Assembly: GCA_048213135.1 (NCBI GenBank)
Contig: PS015290.1
Span: 1 to 38,220 of the forward strand
DNA from: Reclinomonas americana ATCC 50394
Lineage: Eukaryota
Direction: 5' to 3'
Length of the DNA: 38,220 nucleotides
Both the position numbers and the translations under genes were made by a program. Each line of letters opens with the position of its first letter. Position 1 is the first letter of the stretch. The notes below the pieces were generated by a model that saw only the letters and a list, made by a program, of their open reading frames with translations, had not been told where the DNA came from and did not search any database. Positions 11,701-23,406 of the stretch are shown piece after piece.

Positions 11701-14700
11701 CAGGCTACACTGCAACACACCGTCGGCATGATGGACGCCTGCACCAGCGATGCACAGCGGTCAGTGGCGAACACAAAAAATGACGCACAATATTTCACCG
11801 CGCACCATCATGATCATGGAGAGCAGGCCGATGCGCGAACGCACAGATTGTTGCGAGTATGAGAGGCTGCAATGAACGAGTCAGCTTGGGAAATCTGCAA
11901 AGCACACAGAGGGTGAGAAAAGAGACAGAGCACAAAAAACAAACACGCTGACGGCTCACCTTGGCGACGGCGCACGCAAGCACGCAACCGCAGGAAGATG
12001 AGACCGATCTGAGAGTATTCCAAGCATTGTAACAGATTCAGTGACCGGTCGGGCTAATATGCACGAGCCAGACATACTCACCAGCACGCCCATGAACGAC
12101 GACTGGTGAGAGATGCACGATCAGTCAACAATACAGCAAGCGTCAGTTTCCATTGCATTGCCCACCTGGATGAGGCGGGTCCTAGTCACCGCTGTGAGAA
12201 TCAAACAACGCGCAAGTCAGCAAATCACTGGCAACAAGCGACGTCCGTATTCATGAGAGCGCGGGCGGCACGCAGAAAGTGACTCCAGCAACCACAATCG
12301 CAGGTGACACTCAGAAAGACAACACAATGACATGAACTACATCAGTACAAACTATCTTCATTCTGTCTCTCGCTTACCACTCACCTGGGTTTCGCGTCTG
12401 ATTCAAAAACGACCGCCACAAAATGACGGAGAACTACCCAACACAACACAATCACTGTGAGCTAGAAAAGAGGCACCACACCACCTTCACCAATACCCAC
12501 TCGCACCTGTCGGAACCAGCCTGGACGCATGGATGGCTCGTGAATCTCCGTAAACTGCGTAGGCCGAACCTCGGCGAGATCCTGCGTGGCCTTGGTGGCC
12601 ATGTCGGACTGCTCGTACGACACAACGACCTTGGCCAGGTCGGCATCCGGGTTTGGTGAGTCGTAGAACGTGAGTACGTCCACTGTGCACGAGAATGATG
12701 GAATGTGAGAGAGAGCGACTTGGACAGCGAGCACGCCAGACACGCAACAGAGGTGATCGGCAACATTCGTGCTGTTCGGAGAGAGTGGTGAGAACTACAA
12801 TTATACAATCGACACACGATACAAACGCAACTTGGGTGGAACTGGCATGTGCAGCGCGCGGTCAAAGTACTCGGCGGCACCCGACGCGGGACCCATGTAC
12901 ACCGTTCGTCCTTTAGCCAGGAGGAGAAGCTGTGCAGACGGGAACGAAGATTGTCAGGCACTTCAAAGAGATTGTGAAACGGTGGTGGGAAGAAACATAT
13001 CATCAAACAGGGCGTAGATGGCGGAGCGCGGCTGGTGAATCGTGCACATGACAGTACGTCCACTCAGTGCCAGCTCGTTCAACACGTGCATGATCTGGGC
13101 ACGCAAATCAGCACTGGACAGCGAGGGAGAAGGAAATGGAGAAGGTGGGAGGCAACACCTTGCTGGCAGTGGCGGCATCTGCGAATAGAGTGAGAAACAA
13201 TGGATCACGATGATGACACAACAAAGCATCGGCTCTCACCGAGACCACTGGAGAGTAGTTGCGGTTCCAGCAGACACGAGGTGAGGGGAGGGGAAGACGG
13301 AGATCAATTGTGCGCAGCTTCACCATACCTTGTTGGCTGTGCGTTGTAGCTCATGATTAGCAAGGATTAACAAACAAAGAGACTGAACAACACATACACA
13401 ACATGCACACCCACAGAGAGAAAAAAGTTTAAACAGAGAAGAGAGAGAGGAAGAGAGTAGCACACAAATACTCACTCACTCCTCACACACACACACACGC
13501 ACACACGCACCTCATCAAGAAACAGCACCGACGGGTTCGTCAGCAGTTCAATACCAATCGACACTCGTCGACGCTCACCGCCAGACACACTGTGAAATCG
13601 GCGGTGAGACAGCAACATGCATTCTGTAAGGGCGCAGTCACGCAACCCGCGAATGAGATTGTTGCCGATCTTGGTGTTCAGAGTGCCTTTCAAGCCGAGC
13701 TCGTTCACCACGCGGTCGATCTGCAAGCGGGGTGAGTGAGTCGAGGGGAAGAGAGGGAACGAGAGGGAGGGAGAGTGGGGAGAGAGGGAGGGAGAAGAGG
13801 GAGAAGAGGAGCTCGGTGGAAGATTTAGTGGAAATATGGGAGAGAGAGGGTGGAAGAGAGGGAGTGAGAAAGACAGAGGGGGGAGAAGAGGAAGAGCGCG
13901 AACACCGAATGCAGAGATAGAGAACCTGGCAAGATGGTGACAGCGAGAGAGAGAGAGAGAGAGAGAGTAACAGCAAGTGTGAGGGCGGTACAAGACAACG
14001 TGTCAGACAGTAAGGAAGAAAGGATTGAGGGAAGAGGAACTGAGCGCATTGATGTTGACAACATGGAACAAGAAAGGGGTACAAGCTGAGTGAGGAACGG
14101 AGAGAAAGGTGAGAGAGGAAAGCGGGGGAAAATCACTTGAACGAAAAAACGAACTGAGCAGAGTGCGAGAGGGTAGAACGAGAGAGAGCGCAAGAGGGCG
14201 AGAGTGCACGACAGAAAGGAGGAGTGAAGAGAGCTGAGCGCACAGAAAGGCTGACAATTGACAACATCAGGCTCTCACTCCCTCTTCTCTGCCACTCTCT
14301 CACTCTCTCACCCCTCTTCTCTGCCACTCTCTTTCCCTCTCTTCTCTTCTCTGCCACTCTGGAATGAGCGAAGGGGATGCAACGTAGAGAAAAGTGAGAG
14401 AGCAAAGCGAAAAAATCACTTGTGCAATGGAAACAACTGAGCAGAGTGCGGGAGAACGGAACGAGTGAGAGAGAGAGAGAGAGAGCATTCGCGCTCGGTG
14501 CACTCCTTATCACGAACCTGCTCTTGTTTCTCAGCCGCCGACATGTCACGCGGCAGCTTCAAGTTGGCATCTGAGCACACAAGTCAATAAAATCACAGAA
14601 GAAGCACACCACCAAACCACCGCTGCAACGCAACAGAATCTGCGCATCATCAGGGCAAGTACCAGAAGTCTTGTGTGTGAGTTAAAAAGCAACGCGATCG

Positions 14701-16393
14701 AAGGCCGTGGATGCCAAGGAGAGAGACAGAGATGTGCGTTAACGTTCCATTTCTAAGTGTGTGTTTCTCCTCGCAGTGCTTGCTGTCTCTGTCGTGCATT
14801 GCGGTGTCCTGTCGTTCGAGTCTCTCCTCCATTATCTTTCACTCTCGCGCTGCCCTTCTTCTCTCCCCTTCTCTGTCCCTTGTTCCCATTTATAACACTT
14901 TTCATCCTTCCCTCTTCTTCTTGCCCTTTTCCTCTCCCCCTGTCCTCTTCTCCTCTTCTCCGACAGAGAACAAGCGCACCCACACACACGCTCACCGAAA
15001 AGTCTCTGCCACCTGCGCGATGCACCCACCAATCAGTCAACACTCAAAGCCAGCACATGAACAGTCGACACACACCGTCAGCGTCGGCATGAGATTCTCC
15101 TGCAATAAGAGGTGTGAGAAATACGAAGGAGGTGGAGGAGAAGTCCTCACGCACCAGCTGCGACACGTACGCTCCGACCTGCGCCACTCGATATCAGCTA
15201 AGAGACTCCAAGAAAAGACGATACGCAAATCTCCATCACCGTACCTTGCCCAGCTGCGATCGCGTCAGCTTCACGCCATTGAAGAGAACCTCGCCACCAC
15301 TGTGCGCTCGACGGAGGGCCAGAATGTCCAGCAGCGTGGTCTTTCCGGCGCCCGACGGACCAATGACGGCGACCATCGAGTGTGGCTGCGCATTTCAATG
15401 AGTGCCGTCAACACAAGACGAGCGAGGAGACAAGGGCGGGCTCACCTTGACCACGCCAGAGACTCGCTGTTTGTCGGCAATGTCATTGTCAATCGGTGGG
15501 AGGAGAAGGAGAAGAGGAGGAGATTGGGGAAGGGAGGACAAGGAGGAGATAAGGGAAGAGAGGGAGGAGGATGAGATGATGGAGAAGAAGAAGAAGAAGA
15601 GGAGCAAGAACAAGAACAAGAAAAAGAACAAGAACAAGAAGCCGGAGGAGAAGAAGAAGAAGAAGAGAAGAAGATGATGATGATGATGAAGAAGAAGAAG
15701 AAGAAGCAGCAGCAAAGGAGACAGAGGAGGAGCAAGAGTAGGAGATGATGGAGAAGACGAACGAGGAGAAGAAGAAGAAGGAAGAGAGGAAGAACGAGAG
15801 AAAGAGTGGAAGAGCAACAAGAACAACAAAAGCAGAGGGAGAAGGAGATGCAGAAGGAGGAGGAGGAAGAGAAGGAGGAGGAGGAGGAGGAGGAGAAGGA
15901 GAAGGAGAAGATCAACAACAGCCAGGAGACAAGGAACGCTGCAACAAATCGAGAGGACAACGCAACGTCGAGAATGGTGATCTCCTTGGTGTGCCGCCGA
16001 TCAATCGGCACCTGCACCTTGCACGTGACGTCACGGAACGACACTGTCACCGGCTGAGACACCGCGAACGCACCAACAGTGAGCTGGTGATGAGAGATCG
16101 ATCGCGAGATGACTCACTGTTCGAGGAGGTCCAAGGCGCATGCTCTCTGCGCGGGCCAGGCCTTGATCGCCATTGACTCGGGGGATGGCTGTCAGAGGCG
16201 GTGGTGGTGGTGGGGAAGAAGAGGGAGCTGGAGGAGGATCGATGCTGTCATGATCAAGACCACCGAGCTCGACGTGAGTCTCCTGCATGGGAGGAGGAAC
16301 AGCTGCCGAGAGGCGGTTTGGTTTAAGTGGAGGACGGAGAAAGAGGGAGTGTGCGTGTTGGTGTGAGGCACCTGTGGCGGTCTCTGCGCTCAT
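8777..16393 (-). CDS. ABC transporter G family (White-like) half transporter, NBD-TMD, very intron-rich
   Basis: Walker A GPSGAGKT (~15350); LMPTLTVAETFRFYANLKLP; signature [15 protein letters not shown]; Walker B/D-loop LFLDEPTSGLD; H-loop TIHQP; NVADHLLD; TMD motifs [37 protein letters not shown] at 8779-8777. Start ATG at 16393 is likely but not proven. Confidence 0.95.
10530..11340. repeat. CA-rich degenerate tandem repeat (110-190 bp units) inside ABCG intron 10466-11506
   Basis: The core acaaacagcagattcacagtcacagacacac recurs near 10578, 10687, 10874, 11044 and 11174 with shared flanks. Confidence 0.9.
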
Positions 16394-16799
16394 GGTTTGC
16401 GAGTGGAAAGGGAAAAGTTCGAACGTGTCCGAATCGAGTGTGAGTGTTCGAATCTCTTCGCGCCGACGCCGATGTTGCTGGACAAAAGATGCGGAGAGGC
16501 ACTTGGGCGTGCAGCATGTATGAGCACTGTGCTTTGCTGGCGAACAGACGAAGCCTGATCTGCAAGCACGGCAATCGTGGGCGGACAAAACATACTTTTT
16601 CCGACGTCGAAGTTCCCCGCGAACACGCGCTCAGCTTAGCCATTGGTCTCCCGAGAGCAGCACTAATGTTCTGCATCATTGCACCGTGCCCTCAAACCGC
16701 CCAGTTGGAAAACACAAAACATGACGTCCGTGGGACAAATTGCATGTTGCCCCTCTTTTGTCACAGACATCGTGCAAGTCGCGTGCGTGGAGAGCAATC
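16394..16799. promoter_or_regulatory. Putative bidirectional promoter between ABCG (-) and NOP9 (+)
   Basis: Only 406 bp lie between the two divergent start codons. No specific element identified. Confidence 0.5.
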
Positions 16800-19700
16800 A
16801 TGGGTCGCGACAAGCCCAAGTACACCAGCCGCGCCAAGTTCGCCGGCATGTCCGCGAAGGAGGAGAAGGAGCAGCGCAAGGCGCGCAAGGAGCTGCGACG
16901 ACAGAAGCGCAAGGCCGTAAAGGTCGAGCGCAAGGTCACCAAGAAGATGCGCGTGCGCGCGAAGAAGGCCGAGCGCTTGCAGGAGAAGAACGACCTCAAG
17001 AAGGCCGCAAAGAAGCTCGTGGCATGTGAGTGACGTGAGAAGGGAAGAGAGCAGTGTGTGTGTGTGCGCGTGTGCGTGTGTGTGTGCATCTCTCTTGTGT
17101 GTGTCTATGTTGCTGTGCTCACAGGCACGAGCGCGTGCGTGCTTGGGTGTGCGTGTACGTGCGTGTGACGTGTGCATGTGCACATTCACACACTTTTGTG
17201 CCCCGTTTTTTCTCTCTCTCACTGTGTGCGCGTGTTACTGACTCTTTGCTGCCAATGTGTCTGCACAGCTGGCTTTGTGCAAAGTTGCGGAGGTGTCGCG
17301 TGTGGCAGAAAGGTACGCTGGCACGCATGCGATGACGTCATCGGAGAAATTGTCATGCTGACTCTTTTTGTTGTGTGCAGAATATTTGTAGTTTTATGGT
17401 GATCTGATGTTGTCGATGATGCAGCGCGTACGAGTGGGATTGTGGACATGGAGACGCAGGGTTATCTTTTGCGTGTGCGGGATATGCTGTTGCATCCGGA
17501 TGCGACGTTGGACACACCCCAAGGTGATGATTGTCGATGGGAGAGAGGGATGGGAATGGCCTATAGGGAATGGGATACAGCAGCAGAATGCACCACTCAT
17601 GCTTCTGAGTCTTGTCTTGTTCGTGGTCTGTATCCCGTCTTCTCGTGTGGTGAACTGCGCAGTGAATTGACGGCTATTTCTTTCTTGTATTCTGCATCTT
17701 GTCTTGCTCCTCGTGCAGTCACAGAGGCGCTCATTGCCTTCTTCTATTCTGCTTGCTTGTGTTCTACGTTCTTGTCTTGCGCTCTGCATATTGTCTTGCT
17801 TCTCGTGTGATGAACTAGCGCGGTGAGGAGACCGAGTCGGATGCGCTTGCTCATATGAACTTGCGTCTCATTGTGCTGTGCATCCTATTATGCCTCTCGT
17901 GCTGTAAACTGCTTGAATGCCTACGTCCATTTGCTTGTGTTCTACATTTTGTGGCGCTCTGCATTATGTCTTGCTTCTCGTGCACAGCTAAAAGATCGAG
18001 TCCATCTTTCTTGCTTGTGTTCTGCATCATATCTTGCTTCTCGTGCACAGCGAAGAAATCGAGACTATCTTTTTTTGCATGATCTGCATGACGTCTCGCC
18101 TTTTCATGAGGTGATTTGCGCAGTGAATTGATGGCTATTTCTTTCTTGTATTCTGCATCTTGTCTTGCTCCTCGTGCAGTCACAGAGACGTTCATTGCCT
18201 TCGTCTATTCTGCTTGCTTTGTGTTCTACGTTCTGTCTCGTGCTCTGCATTATGTCTTGCTTCTCGTGCGGTGAACAGCACAGTGTGTGCTATAGCTCTT
18301 CTCCCCTTCCCCTTCCCTTTCTCTTTCCCATTCCTCCCCCTTCCCCCTCCCCCCTCATCCCTTNNNNNNNNNNNNNNNNNNNNCCCCTAAACCCCTTTCC
18401 CTCTTTCTTGTGCAGCCGTGAACAACTTCCTCGAAGACGTCATCTCCGAACTGGAGGGCATGACCGTCAAGGTCGCCTTTGACAGCGTCGGCTGCAACGT
18501 GCTCGAGCTGGTCGTCGGCCTCGCCTCCCCCGAACTCGTCCTCCACTTGTGGGGCCGCCTGCTCGAAGTACCGACGTTGCGTTTGCTCTCCCCACCTGCC
18601 ATCCCCTTTCCCTCTTCCCTCTTGCGCCACTCACCCTCCACCTCGCGCAGTGGCTTCCACGGCCTGGCGCGCAACCGCTACGCCTCCCACCTCCTCGAAA
18701 AGCTCTTCCGCGCCGTCGACGTGAACGTCATGCCCGAGGACCTCGCCTCCCGCATCAATGCCACACTGGCGGCCTTCCGCTCGGTGAACCTTCCGTCGAG
18801 CATCACGCCGGTTTTGAATCTGGTGCGCGACATGTATGGGTGCCACACGGCGACGGCCTTTGCCGATTTGCTCGGTCGCGTCGGCAACGTGGCCGTGCTG
18901 CACGAGCTGTACTCGGAGGTGATGGGCATGACCAAGCCGTCGCTATTCGCCTCGCTGGTTCGCGACCCGTTCACCAGCACCTTCTTGCAAGCGGCGGTGC
19001 GTGCGGCGCCGAAGGATTCGCCGCTGCATCAGTTCCTGTGCTTTGATATTTTCGAGCGTAACTTTGTCAACTTCAATGCCATTGCACGGAATGCGAGTGG
19101 CAGTCACTTTTTGCAGGCGGTGGTGTTGGTGAGTGGTGATAGGGAAGGGGAAGGGCGAGAAGGGGAAATAGAAGGGGAGGGGGAAGGGGAGGGGGAAGGA
19201 GGAGAAGGTGAAGGAGAAGGAGGAGGTGAGGTGAAGGAGAAGGAGAAGAAGAAGGAGAAAGGGGAGGAGGAGAAGAAGGCGAAGGAGAACGAGAGGAAGA
19301 AGAAGAAGAGGAAGAGTGGGGAGCAGCTGTGTTGAGGGAAAGCAAGGAGGGAGAGTTCCCTTGGACAGAGAAAACGGCAAGACGGTCATTGAGGAAGTGA
19401 GTGGTGGTAGTATGGCGACGTACGCGCTGGCACGCTCAGAGGGAGGATAAGCAGAAAAAAGGACAAATAGGAGAGAATAGGAATCAGAATGGGAGAGAAA
19501 AAAGTTGAGAAAGTGAGTGGTGGCATCTTGACGAAACAGGCAAGTGGCTGCAATGTGTGTAAGGAGATGGGGGAAAGTGAGCGGAAGAATGAGAGGCTAA
19601 AAGGGAAATTCGTTGTGTCTCCTGCTTGCTGCACTCTTGCAGCCCTCTTTTTTCAATGTCGCTGTGTTCGTTTTAAGTTGTGTCGTCTACATCTGTCTCT

Positions 19701-20588
19701 TTCTCTGTCCCTGTGTGTTTTTCTTAAGTCTGTCATTGCTTCTTCCTTTCACTCAATTGTCGCTGCCTCTGCCTCTCCTTCTTCCTCGAGCGCAAATCGT
19801 CTTCTCAAACACTTTGCACGCAATTTGTCACTGCTTCTGCCTCTCCCTCTCCCCACTTCGCACTCATTATCTTCTTTCCCTCCTTGCAGCACTCCACCGA
19901 CGCCGAGTTCTCGCATCACTGCTCGCGCTCGTGCGAAGTGATGGCACCTGTAGTCCCCAAGCCGAAGAAGGAGAAGAAGACGAAGGAGGAGCCGGCGGGC
20001 AAGAAGGGCAAGCAGGGCAAACAGGGCAAGCAGGGCAAGAAGGGACCCAAGGAGGCAGAGGAGAAGAAGGAGGAGCCAGTAGAGGCTGAGGAGAAGAAGG
20101 AAGAGGGAGAGGAGGGAGAGGTCAAGAAGGAGCCCAAGAAGTACTTGCTCATGGACCTCGCGATGGACGTCCACGGACACTACATTGTGGAGGCGCTCAT
20201 TCAGCGTGCTGCCGGCTTTGCCGACAAGTTTGGCACAGGAAAGAGTTGCGTCTTGACTTGTTTTCTCTTCTCTCTCTTCTGCTTGTACGCCTCCCAGTGC
20301 TTCGTGTTCTTCTTGTCATCGCGTCGGTTTGCTATAGATTCCTTTGTGGTTGTATTCGTCGCTGTTGACTCGAGTGTTGTTGTGCGCTACGCCAAGGCTC
20401 CTCGCTTGCAATCTCACTTTCTTTCTTATTGCATTACTCTTTCTGTCCACGCAGTCGCATTCCTTCTTCTTATTCTCTCGCTTCTGAAATCACTGTTTGC
20501 TTTCCACACTTCATTTTTATCTCCCCTCCCGTTTGTTTCTTTTCATCGTCTCAAATCCTGCTCACCAAGTTCTCTCTCTCTCTCTCTG

Positions 20589-20620
<32 letters not shown>

Positions 20621-23330
20621 ACACTTTCCTTTTACTTACCTGCTCCTTGCTTTTCTTTCCTCTCGCTTCTGCATCTTACGTTATTCTGGCTCGTGCAATT
20701 TTCGCGTTGCCCACGTGCCTCCATACTGCTCATCCTTCCCCTTCTCCCCCCTTCCCGTTCTCCGCCCCTTTCCCTTGCCACCCTTTCCTTCTCCACCCCT
20801 TCCCCTTCTCCACCCTTCCCCTTCTCCACCCTTTCCCTTCTCCACCCCTTCCCCTTCTCCACCCTTTCCCTTCTCCGCCCCTTCTTCCTTTTCTCCACCC
20901 CTTCCCCTTCTCCACCCCTTCCCCTTCCCCACCCCTTCCCCTTCCCCACCCCTTCCCCTTCTCCACCCTTTCCCTTCTCTCCACCCTTTCCCCTTCTCAC
21001 CCCTCCCGCTCCTCTGCAGGCGGCCCGCCACTGGACGACTGCCTTCTCGCCCTGCTGAGCCGCCTGCTGCGTGTCAAGTCGCTGGAGCAGCTGCTGATGG
21101 GCGTGGAGGACATGTCCATGCCGGCCGCTGACCATAGTGGCGTGTCAAAGGAAGGAGCCAAGGGAGCCAGCGCGCTGGTCTCCAAGGCTCGTAAGCGTGC
21201 GGCAGCCGAAGCGGCGAAGCACGGGTCGCTGGAGGAGATGGCGGCGGCCAGCAACCAGGCTCACGCACTGGCGTTCTCGGCAATTCCTTCGGTGCAGCCG
21301 TCGGCGGTCGGTGCGTTGAATGTGGCGCGACTGGCCTTTGCCGCCACCCGCCTGATGCCGATGAAGCAGCAGACGCGATGCCTGAAGGTGAGAGCCTCGC
21401 ACGGCAAGTAGACTGCGTTCTCGTTGCCTAACTCTTTGTGTGTGTCGCAGCATGTGGGTGCGGTGCTCGTCCCCGGCACCACTGGCCAGGAGCTGCCGGC
21501 GGCACTGACCACCAAGCTGATCCGCAACGAATACGGCCTGGCGCTGTACAACGAGCTGCTCAAGTTCCACCGCGACTGCGTGTGGGAGTTTTGGACGGCA
21601 TTCGAGAAGCTGGTCAACGCCGACAAGCTGGCCTCACTGTGCGTCACCGTGTGCGGTGGGCGTGTCGTGGAGACGCTGGTTACGCTGCGCTCGAAGAAGT
21701 CGCCAGTGGTGGCCAAGTTTGTGGAGATGCTCGGCGAGCGAGTGGTCGATGTGGCGCTGACGCGACCGGGTGCGCATGTGGTGGAGGTCATGTTTGAGGA
21801 GGCGACGTTGTATCAGAAGGTGATTATGGGGTGTTAGGAGAAGGGAGGGGGATTGGGGAAAGAGATGTTAGAAAAGGGATGTTAAAGAGAAGAGGGATTT
21901 GGGAAAGAAGGGCAGTGGCAAAGTCATTGTGTGAGTGCCGTTCCAAGACGTGAGTTGCCGAGTGTGTCTGTGTATCAACGAGTTAGAGAACACATGTAGC
22001 CAGTGTTTGTTATGTGCACTGCGCTGCGTGAGAATGTTGAGCAATAACCATTGCATTATTGAGAACAAGTGTGGCATTCTCTGTCAACAGAGAAGTGGTC
22101 AAGAGAAGAGAGCGTTGCGCTGAGCGAGAATGAAGAGGAGTGAGAGCGAGAGCTACAGTATCTGTCAGCAAAAGAAATAGCTTCTCGTCAATTCTAGCGC
22201 GAGTGACCTCGTTTTTATTCTACTGCATTACGAATCGCGTCATTGAATGAGCAAGAGAGAGAGAGAGAGAGAGAGAGAGAAGAAAAGAGATGCAGATCGC
22301 CATGTCACGCTCTCACTCACACGCACGCAACAAGAGAGGCGTACATGAGAGAACGAGGGGAGACAAGCACGCTCGCATGAGAGCACACTCAGCGGTGTGC
22401 TTGCGTGTGTGTGTGCGAAAAACATCGCTGACTCTCCTTCCCCTTCTTCTCTCCTTCTCCCTTAATCCTCCTTCTCCCTGTAATCTCCTTTCCTTCCGCT
22501 CTCCTTCCCCTTCGATCCGCCTTCTTCCTCTACTCCCCCTTCCCCCCTCGTCCCTCTCTCACCCTCTCCTTCCCCACTCACCTCCCTTCTCCTTTCCGCA
22601 GCGCACCCTCATGCAACTGCTGTCCCCGCGCGCGGACCAAATCCGCCAAAACCGCTACGGTCGCTTCGTCTTCCGCAACCTGCACCTCGACGAGTACCGC
22701 CGTCAGCCCGAAGTGTGGGAGCAACGGCAGGCCAAGGTCGTCAAGCAGGCCAAGGTGTACGAGGAGATTTTCGGTGCGGGGTCACTGGGCCGTGCCGCGA
22801 CCTCTTCCACGGCCGCCGCCGCCGATGCCCACATGACCAATGGCGATCACGAGGGGGAGGCGGAGGCGGAGGCAGAGGACGAGATGGAGGTGGACGGTGA
22901 CAAGAAGAAGAAGAAGAGCAAGAAGGAGAAGAAGGACAAGAGCAAGAAGGAGGCGGAGAAGAAGCACAAGGAGGAGGTGGCGGCGGCTCCGATGGAGGAA
23001 GAAGAGGTCGAGGACGAGGAGCCGGCTGACAAGAAGAAGAAGAAGAAGAAGGAAAAGAGGGAGAAGAAGGACAGCAAGGGACACAGTGCCGAGCGCGTGG
23101 TGGAGCTGATGAGCAGCAGTGCTTCAGCCGTGGCCGCGGGCCAGAAGCGCTCTCGCAAGGAGTCTGCCGACACGGACGAGGTGCATGCGGAGGCGAACGG
23201 GCACATGGAGACGGATGGTGGTGACGACGACGACGCGCCCAAGAAGAAGTCGAAGAAGCCGAAGAAGCCGTCGAAGAAGCGTCGCAAGGGCGCCGATGGT
23301 GATGAGGTGGAGGAGGAGGAGGATGAATGA
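16800..23330 (+). CDS. NOP9: Nucleolar protein 9 (Pumilio/PUF-repeat 18S rRNA maturation factor)
   Basis: Phase-compatible exons 16800-17025, 17425-17523, 18416-18575, 18651-19128, 19890-20244, 21020-21387, 21451-21819, 22602-23330. PUF-type motifs NRYASHLLEKL, SGSHFLQ, HGHYIVE, GGRVVE, PGAHVVE. NOP9-like ends GIVDMETQGY and NRYGRFVFRNLHLDEYRRQPEVW. K/E-rich tail. Confidence 0.85.
17625..18275. repeat. Degenerate repeats inside NOP9 intron 2
   Basis: A ~115 bp block (gcgcagtgaattga.ggctatttctttcttgtattctgcatc...ttctacgttc) occurs at ~17657 and ~18118. The short unit tctgcat..tgtcttgcttctcgtg recurs several times. Confidence 0.85.
20735..21000. repeat. C/T minisatellite (cttctccacccct(t)tccc)n in a NOP9 intron
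   Basis: 16-17 bp units tandemly repeated just upstream of the 21019 acceptor. Confidence 0.9.
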
Positions 23331-23406
23331 GTGAAGCAAGATGCCAGCGTGGTCGTTTTATCCCCATACAGACAGACTCATCGGCACATGGTACTGTCTG
23401 TCCACA

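Noticed and set aside
15395-16176. Poly-K/E/S/F ORFs on both strands
   Set aside because: They lie in the low-complexity ABCG intron starting at 15966.
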